Source of the DNA: Octopus sinensis
Taxonomy: Eukaryota
NCBI RefSeq assembly: GCF_006345805.1
Contig: NC_042998.1
Span: 60,388,001 to 60,452,000 of the forward strand
Reading direction: 5' to 3'
DNA length: 64,000 nt
Under the pieces are notes generated by a model. It saw only the letters and a program-made list of their open reading frames with translations. It was not told where the DNA came from and did not search any database. This document shows positions 39,479 to 52,036 of this stretch, piece after piece. The position numbers and the translations under genes are program-made. Each line of letters opens with the position of its first letter. Within the stretch, counting starts at the first letter, position 1.

Positions 39479-39812
39479 GTAAGTCTTGTATATTTCTTTA
39501 TTTTAAATTTTGCCATTTAGTGTTTAAGCCAGCTATATCTGACCAAAATATTGTTTCAGATTTATGTTCAAACTGGTTAGATCCAACCTTTCACACCTAC
39601 CCTACAATGTCATTCTAAAAATAAATAATTGCATCATCCAAATGTCAAGCTATAAGATTAATCCAAAATAATGTAAATAAATAAGTATTGCATTTGACAG
39701 AATAATTTGGATGCTAAAGAGTTAAACTTTTTCCTTTTTAATAATTAGCTTTTAAATTATCTTTTTCAAAAAATTTGATATTTTTAAACAACTATAATTT
39801 TTGTTTTAATGA

Positions 39813-40300
39813 TAAACATGGACTGTAACCACTGAGGACATGCATAGGCTTGAAAGAAATGAAGCTGGTATGCTTTACTGGATGTGCAATGTCAGTGTGC
39901 ATGTACAACAGAGTGTAAGCATCTTGAGAGAAAAGTTAGGCATAAGAGGCATCAAATGTGGTGTGCAAGAGAGACAACTGCACTGGTATGGTCATGTGAT
40001 GCATGTGGACGAAGACAGTTGTGTAAAGAAGTGCCAGTCTCTAACTGTGGCAGGAACCTGTGGAAGAGGTAGACCCAGGAAGACATGGAACAAGGTGTGA
40101 AGCACGATCTTTGAACGTTGGGCTTTACAGAGGCAATGACAAGTGACCGAGACCTTTGGCAATATACTATGCTTAAGAAGACCGGTGAAGCCGAGTGAAA
40201 TCGTAGTCATGGCCAATGCTGGTGTCACGTAACTGGCACGTAAAAAGCACCCATCTAACCTGTGTCAGCATGGAAAGCAGACACTAAATGATGATGATGT
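39813..40300 (+). mobile_element. RTE LINE 3' fragment
   Basis: ORF 39840-40100 (QLHWYGHV, GRGRPRKTW) and (ATG)n tail. Confidence 0.85.
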
Positions 40301-41029
40301 CATAGGTATCGGTGTGGCGCTGTGTAGTGAGAAGTTTGCTTCCTAACCATATGGTTCTTGGTTCAGTCTCACTGTGTGACACCTTGGGCAAATGTCTTAT
40401 ACTTGTGAGTGAATTTGTTAGATGGAAACTAAAAGAAGCCTGTCATATACATGTGTATGTATGTATCTGTGCATGTCTGTTTGTCCCTCATCACTACTTG
40501 ACAAGTGCTGTTGGTCTGTTTACATCCCCTTAACTTAGCAGTTCTCTGTAAGAGACCAATAAAATATATACCAGACTTGAAAAAATAAATACTGGTTGTG
40601 GATTCACTCAGCTAAAATCCATCAAAATGGTGCCCCAGCATGGCCACAGTTCAATGAATGAGACAAGTAAAGGATAAAAGATGAAAAATTTGGTAGATCA
40701 GCACATCTTACTCATACATTTCAAATTTGGCTTGCTTTCTATGGTTGAATGCTTTTCCTAACACCAACCACATTAGGGAATGTACTGAGTACATTTTGTT
40801 TTGACACCAGCATTAGAGATGTTCCTGTGGCCTCAAAAGAGTAAAAGGGTTCTCTTGACCCTCTCTTTGTACTCTACCACTTAGCACAGTAGTATAAGGA
40901 AAGACTACAGCATTTGTTCTAAAAATCACAAAGCCATGAAAAATCATTCCAATATCAGCATTAAATTTCAACATATTTCAGAAGTGTAGAATCAAAATGT
41001 TTTAGAATATTTTCATTATTGATTTAAAA

Positions 41030-41238
41030 TTTTGGCTTAAGGCCAGTAATTTTGGGAAGAGAAGGTAAATTGGTTATATCAACTCCAGTGTTTAACTGAT
41101 ACTTATTTTATCAACCCTGAAAGGATGAAAGGCAAAGTTGACCTTGGTGGAATTTGAACTCAGAATGTAAAGACAGATGAAATACCACTAAGCATTTTGC
41201 CTGGCATGCTAATGATTCTGCCAGCTCACCACCTTCCA
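41030..41238 (-). mobile_element. tRNA-derived SINE (Meta-like core)
   Basis: Homologous to the 14307 unit. Confidence 0.75.
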
Positions 41239-41896
41239 TATCACCATTATCGAATTATTTCATCATTGCTGTATATGAGAAGAGAAATATTTTTGTGAAA
41301 ATAGAAAAATATTCCCCAAAAGGAAAACACTGTAAAAGCAACTGCTACATAAACCTCAACCTTATTGATATTACAGTCATAGGGACATTACAGCCTTTGT
41401 AGCAATATGGTTGTTATTCATAATACAGGGGCTAACATATACCATATTTGATGGCCTGTAAGATGCTCTTTTTCTCCAGAAATCCCCCAGGTCCTTTGTG
41501 TGAAGTTGGACCTATACGGGGGGTGCTGAAAAGTTCCTGGCTTTAAGGGTATCTTGAAAGACCTGGTTAGAGGCCTAACCTTCCAAGTTCTTTAACAGCT
41601 GAAACTAGAAAAAAAAAATATATATATATATATACATATATATACATATATATGTATGTATTTATGTATATATATATATAAATAAATATCCTTGTTGCTA
41701 ATTTTGATTATAATCACCTTATTTTAAATTATATGGATAATACTATAGTAAATTCTGGTGCCTTCAACTTAAGTACCATATTCATCTGAATCTAAATTTT
41801 ACTGAACTTATATATATATATATATATATATATTGACATAATGAAATAAAAAAAACCAAGGTAGTAAATAGATTTCATAACATTTATCAAGAAAAG

Positions 41897-41944
41897 GTCT
41901 TACAGCTGTTTCTAGGATATTTTATATATCCTTTCATCAGAGAC
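41897..41944 (-). ncRNA. Minimal type I hammerhead ribozyme
   Basis: Minus strand: GTCT-CTGATGA-aAGGATAT-ataaa-ATATCCTa-GAAA-CAGCTG-TA-AGAC; palindromic stem III ACAGCTGT; GUA site; A-A mismatch at the base of stem II. Confidence 0.82.
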
Positions 41945-42714
41945 AGTGCAAGAAAAAGTTTGAGTATTAATTATTGTAGAGAAGATATGAAATGCAGAGG
42001 GAAATAAGTGAATGAATATAGAAGTCAGATACATAAAGATATTGTATTTGCAGTTCCATTATTGAAGTGGAAATGTGTATATAAGTACAACCAGTTGGAT
42101 GTACCCATGCTGGAGCATCACCCATCACAAAATATTACTGTACCAAGCTAACTAGGGAACCTCTATACTTGACCTGCTTGAAAAAGCAATCAAACAACTT
42201 CATCTCACACTCTACTGCCTTGAAAAATGGACACATTAAATAATGTAGTCCTAGATACACTATGTATGAAAATGAGAGGAACTGGTCTCAGCTGAAATGT
42301 TCTTCACCAAATGTTTGCTCAGTTAGATGTTATTGACAATGTTATTAGGTTGGGTCAGCCAGGAGTTGAACCTAGATTGATTCTTTGAAAAGCAATAAAC
42401 CATTACACCACTACTAGTTATAATAAACACATTAATATAAATCAAATCATGCACCAGCTAAATACATTTTACTAATTACTCTGCAATATACTTGCTTGTT
42501 AATGATTTTGTTGTTGAGAATTAAAGTTCTCAAAGTTTATTAGCAGACTATCAAAAATGTATTTTTCCTGATTTTTGTAAAGTAAAACAATGAAGAACTT
42601 TCAGTCCAAACTGTCTTGTTTATATCCTAATTATTCCAAACAGGAATAATTATATTTCCAGCAGATTTTGATTCTAGCTATTTACCTTAAACTCAATAAA
42701 GTAGCATATCTTTG

Positions 42715-42930
42715 GAGGTCAGTGAAACAGTGAATATACGGGAAATGAAGGTTAAGCTTGTTGGTGATATAGCACATGTAGAGAATGAAAGTTAAGTTAC
42801 TGAAAGGTTGAATGTTCAGGTCAGTGAAATAGCATATGTATAAGGTGAATGTTCAGGATATTGTGAAATAGCATATATACAGAATGAAGGTTGGTTGGGT
42901 TCAGTAAAATAGTATGTATAGGAAATAAAT
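42715..42930. repeat. Degenerate ~40-bp minisatellite
   Basis: Recurrent GTGAAATAGCATATGTA..GAATGAAGGTT units. Confidence 0.6.
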
Positions 42931-43164
42931 GTGAAAAGCAAAGAAGCTGATTCTGGAAGGTAGTTTTGATATTTTTAGACAAAGTATCTTAAAATCACTT
43001 ACCTTTGTACTTTGTTCAGGTGTTGTTAACAGTATATGAATTGGATTTAGTTGAAAATGACTTATTTTTGTACTCTCTTGAAATTTGTATGAATATCAGA
43101 TTATATAAATATGATGTAATTTCTAATGTTTGATGTTTTAAACTGACATTTCATTATATTTCAG

Positions 43165-43716
43165 ACATATCTAAGTACAAGACATGGAGCATGGGTAATC
43201 AATCGAGTGGCAGATAAAGGTTATCCTATAGATATGTTCATTCAGAAAAGATTTCTAAACACCGTAATGAAATTAGCACCATCAGTTGGCAATACTTTAG
43301 CTGAATGGAAACTGAATCAGCGTTTCGACCATGCACTATATTCAATAAAACCTAAACATTCATTTCAAAGCCAGCACCCGACAGTAAATGATTTACTTCC
43401 TAACAAAATAATTACGCATTCTGTAATTATAAAGCCAGATGTTCAAGAAATAACAGAGAATGGAATTCAGTTTGTTGATGGCACTTTTGAAGATAACATT
43501 GATACAATAATTCTTGCAACTGGTTATGACATTAAAATACCTTTCATTGCAAAATCAATTCTTGATACAGAAAAAAATAATTTTCATTTATTCAAATACA
43601 TTTTCCCACCTGACCTTGAGAAACCTACTTTGGCTTTAATTGGTTTTGTACAGCCTATTGGAGCACTTCTGCCGATTTCTGAGCTTCAGTGCCGTCTTGC
43701 AACACGTGTTTTCAAG
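43165..43716 (+). CDS. FMO: FMO coding exon 3
   Basis: Acceptor TTTCAG|, TYLSTRHGAWVINRV, HPTVNDLLP, ILATGY, LFKYIFPP, PIGALLPISELQCR; donor AAG|GTAAGA, phase 0. Confidence 0.96.
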
Positions 43717-43908
43717 GTAAGAATAAGATTTGTAAGTAGTATTAGAACATTGTCTGGATCACTTAAAATTCAGACTATATTTTCTTTTCAGTGTATGTGT
43801 TACAAGTTCATAAATGATTTTGATATAACTTTTGAAAGGTAGTGGATGGTAATTGGCAGAGCTCTACATTTGGCCCAATATTTTAATTTTCCTACTTAAC
43901 CATCATCT

Positions 43909-43909
<1 letters not shown>

Positions 43910-43939
<30 letters not shown>

Positions 43940-44400
43940 AATAACAATAATTCTTTCTTTATTTGTCACAAGGGTCACAAAAATATTTATGAGAATACAC
44001 AGACAAAATACATTGGGGATTTACATAGAAAACGTGAACAACATAAAAAAGAATAACAAGAAAATTCTAAAAAACAAACTATCCAATAGAGGGAACTCTA
44101 CACAGGGGCAATCAAGGAATCCCACAGATCCCAAGTTACCCTACTCACTGGAGTACCATAGCAAATGCTCCACCTTCCTCCATACTTTTCAGCCTAAAAA
44201 TGCCAGCTAAGAGTTGGTCACTTTCTCTGGCTATCCTCATCGCATTCACCCACCTTTCAGCCAATTTACTCGGGGCGGGGGTTAGCACATCCCTTTCAAC
44301 CCTCACCTTCCTCTTTTCAAATGGAATTTTAGAAAGTCAGTGAGGGATTGGCCAAAGAGGAAATTGTTCATCTGCCATAGCCACCAGACAGGAGAAAACA
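43910..44400 (-). mobile_element. Possible L1/Tx1-like LINE 3' fragment beside an (AAT)n tract
   Basis: Minus-strand peptide ..LFGQSLTDFLKFHLKR.. followed by a T-rich 3' UTR; assignment is tentative. Confidence 0.35.
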
Positions 44401-44719
44401 GCCTGCCCTTCTTGACAAAAGGAAAGTGCTGGTGATGTTCTTCCAGATCTGTTCTACACATGGTAGCAGTGTTCAACATAGTTTCACAAGTCAACAATGC
44501 TCAAGCACTATATGAACATGTATGGAATGGTTTTGAAGGATATTGAAATTGAGATTCATACTGAAGGAAACTGGAACTGTGATTCACACTGAATTAAATT
44601 GGAACTGAGATTCACATGGTCAACCTGCAGAAAAGTTCAATCATAAATTCTACAAGAATCCTAACAAAAATTTGATGAGATTTGTTGTCACCAAACCTCA
44701 AGACAATAATACTGCTAAC

Positions 44720-47700
44720 CAGGGCCAGATTAAGACTCATAGAAGGCCTAAGCACTTAAAAGATTTTGGTGCCCCCATATATATGTAATTTAAAATATAA
44801 GCAATAATAAACCATAAAATAATTTTTTTATTTTTCAAAATGAAACAATACTAACAGTACGATTGTATGCACCATGTATACAATTGAAAAAATTAGTGGT
44901 GAAGATGCTGTCATCACTACCACCATCACAGTACCACATACTAAATAATGCACATGGGGACATCACCAGCATCACGTAAATTACAGAATGAAATACAAAC
45001 TTAGTTATCGCCACCAGTCCATCACCATGTGGAATCTAAAAATCAGAATATACATGCATCGTTAAAAGCAACACTATTCACTATTTAGCCATTTTTATGA
45101 GTTTCATATCATTTCATTAGCACTACCAGTTCACAAAATTATGAATCATTAATTACATTATTTGTTGTTAGAGTCATGAAAATGAAGAGGAGAGATTAAA
45201 ATACAAACAGGTATCAACTTACAAAGTTACAATGTTACCATGTGTGTTGTTGGCATGCTTGATGCTAAGTGAGCTTTGTTGCACTCACTTCTCAGTGGAT
45301 CACTGAACAAGACAGCCGACATTATGAAGACAAGCAGGATCACGTGAACCTCTGTGGACCTTGAGGCAGTTATCAGATTCAGATTTTGTTGTATTTCTAA
45401 GGTTAATGTACATAAATAACTTCTATTATTATTATTTTATTTTATTTTAATTTTGTGTCAGTAGAAAACACTTTTAAAAGAGAAATATTTGTAAATTGCA
45501 GGACAATATAATTAATAATCTAGTATGTATAAATCACAGTATGTGCATGTATAATGAGTAGCGCATACATTTCCACAATTCTCCACTGATTTTCTCCAAA
45601 CCTTACACACACATCACTTATGTCCCAAGGATGGTCATGCCCTATAACATTCTGCCCAGAGCTCCTGCATAAATGGACGTAATGGGACATAGTTTTTTTG
45701 TATGTAGGATCTTCCATACTTTTTTAATCTCTTATTATAAAAGGCAGATTTTATCTGCCTCCCTTTGGGAGTTATACAAATCTACAATATAGGATTTCTT
45801 CAATTACAATTTACCTAGCAGTTTTAAGAGTACAATGCATCGCGTCATGCCAGGTCCAGTTTTTAAAATTTAAACTCCAATTAAGCAAAATTTACAGAAA
45901 ACTCACATTCTGGTGTGTGTGTCAAATGCTTTTCTTAGTCTGGTTTACACCACACGCAAACGCACACACACAGTGGGCAACGAATAAAATGAAAGTAAAT
46001 GTAATATTTGTTTCTGTCTATCACGCTGATAGATACATGAGTAAAATGTATGGGAAGCTAACAGATAACAGTGAGTGAAAATGTTCTTGGAAGAGAGTAA
46101 ATTAGCGACAGTGATTTGAGGAAGACTAAACTGAAACTATGAAACAGTGTTTATGTATAAACAGACGACACTTATATAAACCCTTTCGTTACCAAACCGC
46201 CCGAATTTACCTATTCATATTTAAATGAGAATATCAGAGTAAATCTCTTTAGTACATTCGTGAAAACACGTATTATACTTCGTAAACACTTCAAATACAG
46301 TTTTGTACAAAAATCGAAGTGTAATTTTAATTCCATGAATTATGGGAGATTTTTTTCCGAAATTTGTTCCTATTGTGTTTTCAAAATTTGTAATTCTGAC
46401 AAAAAATGGATACGAATTTCATTATATCAAGCAGCGAGTCAGAATTCGAAGGATTTTCTACTGAAGACCTTCATAAATCTAACTCTATGACTGAAAAAAA
46501 AAAGCATCATTATATAAGAGTGAAGTTGTGTGTCTGTCCCCTTCGATTTACATTCGTAATTACTCCCACATTTTGCGGTGCAGTTTAACCAAAAGTGGGT
46601 ATCTTATAGTCGTGATTCATATCGAGCCCTTCTGGGTATTAGCGCGCGTCTACGATGAGTCTACGATTTAAAAAAAATTTACCAGCATATTTTTCCATTT
46701 TAATGCATTTTTTCGCTTTTATATAAGGGAAGTAACTCTCTAAAAATATCTACGATGTGTCAACGATTTAAAAAAAATTTACCTTGATTTTTTTTCAATT
46801 TTTAATGCATTTTTTTGCTATTTTTTGGCTATAACTCTCTAAAAATGCTTATATAGTTATTTCCCTTACAACCCGAGCAACGCCGGGCGATACTGCTAGT
46901 CTTTATATATAAAAGTGAAGTTGTGTGTCTGTCTACTCCGATTTAGATTCCTAACTACTCCCACATTTTGCGATGCAGTTTAACCAAAACCGGGTATCTT
47001 ATAGTCGTGATTCATATCGAGCCCTTCTGGGTATTAGCATGAGTCTACGATTTAAAAAAAAATTTACCATAATTTTTTTCCATTTTAATGCATTTTTTCG
47101 TTATTATATAAGGGAAGTAACTCTCTAAAAATGTCTACGATGAGTCAACGATTTAAAAAAAAATTACCATAATTTTTTTTTTGTTTGTAATTCATTTTTT
47201 TGCTACTTTTTGGCTATAACTCTCTAAAAATGCTTTATATAGTTATTTCCCTTACAAATCCGAGCAACGCCGGGTGATACTGCTAGTCTTTTTATAAAAG
47301 TGAAAGGATTTTGTCTATTTATTTATTTCGACTGTCCACCTGCATGGTGACCCAGTCAGGAAACAGGATTTAGAAGCTGTCATTTTGTTTTCATGTAAAT
47401 AAATGTTTATGTTAATTTAAAAGATTTATCCAAATTCATTGTATGTATATAATTTTTGTATGTAGGGTCATCTATACCCTTTTAATCTATATGGTCATAC
47501 ATTGGCATTAGAGAATATTTTTTACTTATCACATTTTTTCATTTATTATTTATTTATATGTTGTAATTCTGTATTAGTTCTTTCTATATTTTTTTGATAT
47601 GTGTATTGGTGTGTATAGTTTGAGTTTTCATTAGCGAATATTATAAAAGTGAATGGATTTGTCTATTTCTTTCAACTGTTTTCCATACTTTTTTAATCTA

Positions 47701-49080
47701 TATGGTCGTATATTTACATTACAGAATATTTTTTTAGTTGTTTTCACATTTTTTGATTTATTATTTATTTATATGTTGTAGTTGTATATTATTGCTTTCT
47801 ATATATTTTTTATATGTGTATTGCTGTGTATTGTTGTCATTACAACTTCACAATTATCTGTCTGCCTTTCAACATGACATCTTTTCACTGCAAACTGCTA
47901 AAGATTCAAAACAGTATTCGTGAACTGAAGTCAAACTCTTCATGTCTTCATTTTTCATTACATGAAGTCAGTTTCAGAATGGTCATACACTGTAAGCATG
48001 TAGCAAATACATTCCTTTAACTCTACTTTTTCGAGCAGGTATATTGCCATTTTTTAACATACTAATCATACTTCACTCTGAAGAAATAGCTGCCTTTATT
48101 GTTGAATAAAATAAACTCGCAGAGGGAAAGTTTTAACATCTTCCTTCAATTTCCTTACACCATTCATGTTGCTTCTTCTGACAAGAAATTTCACTTTCAT
48201 GTAAAACAACTATATTTTGTAGTCATTATCCGTAATCTACTCCCAAAACACTTCAGTAGCTCTACTTTGCATTGCTTGCAAACTTACATGTTCTATGATC
48301 ATTGAAGTGCAATGACCTCCAAAATAACCAGCTTTCAATTTGGTTTTCTGTTCCTAGGTTAATTGAAAACATAAACTGCCATGCTATTCATAAACCTATT
48401 CAGTAGTTCAATTATTTGGCGAAAAAAATACCACCAAAGCAACTTAAACCATCCAAAGGATGGGTACGTTTGCTAGATATGATATATAACATTATTTGAA
48501 CTTACAATACACACACACACACAAACACACAATTTAATTAACTATGGTGCTTGTTTTGTATTCTACCTTTGAAAATAGTTTAGGTTGTAGAAGATTTCAA
48601 AATGTGCACTGTAGGCAATTTTACCATATATATATATATACAGGGATTGTGATAAATAGTGTATATGTGTGTGTGGGTGGGTGGGTGTTGAGACAGACAG
48701 ATAGACAGACAGAATTCTCTGAATCACAATCTGGCATTTTCATTCTGTAAAATATTGTGTTAACACCATAAATTTGCTGAGAAATAAACAACACATGCAA
48801 ACACCTTTCACCAACACATAAAATTGATTGGTAAATAATAGCCAACAACATGTGAATAAATCATAAACTCCACCCATCTTGTTTATGATTGCTCAATTTT
48901 ATACAACGTCACTATGACACCATAAGCACTTCGAAATCATATTTCTAATCGTGTAAATCATTTGGAATATTATTGTAGTGAGTTTAAAGTGATTTCTTTT
49001 TTATTGTAAACCATTTACCATTTCTGTGGTGCCCCCTTTCACTTGATACCCTAAGCAGGTTAATGGTTAATCCGGCATTG
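44720..49080 (+). mobile_element. hAT-superfamily transposon (decayed) hosting nested Helitrons
   Basis: Perfect 8-bp TSD CTGCTAAC (44712-44719 and 49081-49088); imperfect TIRs CAGGGCCAGATTAA / TTAATCCGGCATTG; weak remnant resembling the hAT dimerisation domain near 48135-48290. Confidence 0.8.
45728..47286 (+). mobile_element. Helitron head-to-tail array (45728-46899 and 46900-47286)
   Basis: A|TC start; two 3' ends each with hairpin and CTAG; the junction CTAG|TCTTTATATAT is precise; final CTAG|T. Confidence 0.88.
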
Positions 49081-49529
49081 CTGCTAACTAGTAAAGCATA
49101 TAATATTTATAAGAGAATAACAATAGTTAAGATAATGGCTTCTAATTTAGACATGAGGTTAGCAATTTTGAGTGGAGAGGAGTTGTAAATTCTAATGACC
49201 CTAGTATTTAGCTGGTACTTCTGCAAGATTTGAATTCAGAAGTAAAGAATTAGAACAAATACCACAAAACATTCTTCTGACACTGTACCGTTCCAGCCAG
49301 TTTGCCACATTTAACCCTTTTGATACTAACATGCCTGAAACCACCTCTGGCTCTGTAGTACTTGTTTTCAGAAGTTCTGAATTAAAATTTTCCACCAAAA
49401 CTTAGTCTCAGTTTATGTTCCTAACACTAGTTAAATGATAACTAAGTTATTTTAATAAATTCTTTGTTATATTTAAAGTAATTGAAAGAAACACAGAGCA
49501 TCTCAACAGAAATATAACAAAAGAGTGCT

Positions 49530-50225
49530 TTCTGATACAGGCACAAGGCCAGCAATTTTTGAAGGGAGAGGACTAGTCAGTACCGTTGACCCCAGTACTT
49601 GACTGGCACTTTACTGAAAAGATGATAGGCAAAATTGACTTCAGCAGGATTTGAACCCAGAGCAGAAAGAAACAGAATAAATGCTGCAAGGCATTTTTTC
49701 TGACAATTCTGACTATCCAACCAAATAATGATAATAGTAATAATAATAATCCTTTCTACTATAGGTACAAGGCTTGAAATTTTGGGGGAGGGGTTAAGTG
49801 GATTACATCAGCCCCAGTACTCAACTAGTACTCATTTCATTGATCCTGGAAGGATGAAAGGCAAAGTCGGCCTCAGTGGAATTTGAACTCAGAACTTGGC
49901 AGCAGACAAAATACTGCTAAGCATTTCATCCAGTATGCTAAGGATTCTGCCAGCTCACCACCTCAAAAATAATAGTAATAATAATGATAATAATAATAAT
50001 AATAATAATAGTTTCAAATTTTGCCACAAGGGCAGCCATTTTGGGGGAGGGGATAAGTTGATTACATCAACCCCCAGTATTTCACTGGCACTCATTGTAT
50101 CGACCCCAAAAAGATGAAAGGCAAAGTCAATCTTCATGGAATTTGAACTCAGAATGTAGCGGCAGACAAAATACCACTAAGCATTTTATCCAGCAAGCTA
50201 AGGATTCTGCCAGCCCACCACCTTC

Positions 50226-50261
<36 letters not shown>

Positions 50262-50660
50262 GCAATGTTTTCAAATTTAACCACAAAGGCAGCCATTTTG
50301 GGGGAAGGGATAAGTCAATTACATCAACTCCCAATGTTTAACTGGTACTTAATTTATCAACTCTGAAAGGATGAAAGGCAAAGTCAACCTCAGTGGAATT
50401 TGAACTAAGAACATAACAATACCACTAAAGTGAAATACCTATTTCTTTACTACCCACAAGGGGCTAAACACAGAGAGGACAAACAAGGACAGACAAACAA
50501 TTATATCGATCCCAGTGCGTAACTGGTACTAATTTAATCGACCCCGAAAGGATGAAAGGCAAAGTCGACCTTAGCGGAATTTGAACTCAGAGCGTAGCGG
50601 CAGACGAAATACCGCTAAGCATTTCGCCTGGTGTGCTAACATTTCTGCCAGCTCGCAACC

Positions 50661-50694
<34 letters not shown>

Positions 50695-50885
50695 TAATAA
50701 TCCTTTTTATTATAAGCACAAGGCCTAAAATTTTGGCTGGTTGATTACATCAACCCAAGTGCTCAACTGGTACTTATTTTATCAACCCCAAAAGGATGAA
50801 AGGCAAAGTAAGTGTCAGCAGAATTTGAGCTCAGAACATAAAGTTGGGCGAAAAGCCATTAAGCATTTTGTCTAGCTTGCAGCTA
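49530..50885 (-). mobile_element. Cluster of ~6 same-orientation Meta-like SINEs separated by (AAT)n
   Basis: Repeated AGGATGAAAGGCAAAGTC..GGAATTTGAACTCAGA..CTAAGCATTT..CTGCCAGCTC units at ~49540, 49750, 50010, 50270, 50430 and 50700. Confidence 0.85.
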
Positions 50886-51156
50886 CAATAGTAATAATAG
50901 TACATTTTACAAACCATTTCTCTTTTAAGTACTTGATTCTAACATACATCATATTTGTAGAGGAAATAGTTGATTTTCAGTTATGATACTCCTGTCTTTC
51001 TAAAAGACATTTTTAAACATATATGAGAGAAGAAAATTGTATATATTTAATGAGTTTATGTGTATATGTTCCTATAAGACATTGATAGCTACAATAAGTA
51101 GACATCTGATATTGTATATGATACCAATGTTTAAACAGAACTATGATAAATTTCAG

Positions 51157-51322
51157 GGTGATGTGATTCTACCACCTGCTGCAGATATGTGGAAAGATAT
51201 TAGAGAAAAGGAAATTGAAGTACGAAAGCGCTATGTAAAAAGTGAAAGGCATACAATCCAAGTAGATATTATTGATTACATGGATGAACTTGCTGAAATG
51301 AATGGTTGCAAGCCTAATTTTA
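51157..51322 (+). CDS. FMO: FMO coding exon 4
   Basis: Acceptor TTTCAG|, GDVILPP..RYVKSERHTIQVDIIDYMDELA..GCKPNF; donor A|GTAAGT, phase 1. Confidence 0.94.
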
Positions 51323-51539
51323 GTAAGTATCATTACCACTTTATACTTTCATATCAGCTTGAAAAAAATTTCATTCTAAAACTTGTTTTTGTTTGTTTGA
51401 ATGATGTCTTTTATTCCATTTTTCTTTTCTGTGAAATACTGGGGGTTGATGTAATCGACTTATTCCCTCCCCCAAAATGGCTGCCCTTGTGACAAAATTT
51501 GAAATTATTATTATTATTATCATTATTATTATTATTATT

Positions 51540-51957
51540 CCTCTTTTCTTCAAATTTTCTTCCATTTCTCGCTGAGTGTTTTCCGTACACCTAAGGCAGA
51601 GAAGCTCATTGTATGCATTCCCAGATTACACACGCAAATTCACAGATAAAATATGTATTTAAAAAATTAATAAATAAATAAATTCATGAATGGATGCTGT
51701 TTTCAGAGCGATAATGCTCTTCTAGTACATGAGCCATTCCAGTTAACACGATTTTTTGCACTTCCTGTAGGGATGGTAAGACTGGTATCATTTTCAAATA
51801 GGTTTCAGTACTTTTTTTATCATTCCTAGAGATCCTACAATCACTGGTACTGTAGTTGCCTTGAGATGCCACATTTTTTCAATCTCTATTAGCAAGTCTT
51901 TATATTTACTGATCTTTTTTCAATTTCTATTAGCAAGTCTTTATATTTACTGATCTT
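51540..51957 (-). mobile_element. R4/Dong-like retrotransposon 3' fragment inserted in (TAA)n
   Basis: Minus strand KISKYKDLLIEIEKMWHLKATTVPVIVGSLG..LQEVQKIVLTGMAHVL (REL C-terminus); (ATT)n on both sides; ~40-bp duplication at the 5' junction. Confidence 0.8.
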
Positions 51958-51968
51958 TATTATTATCA

Positions 51969-52036
<68 letters not shown>

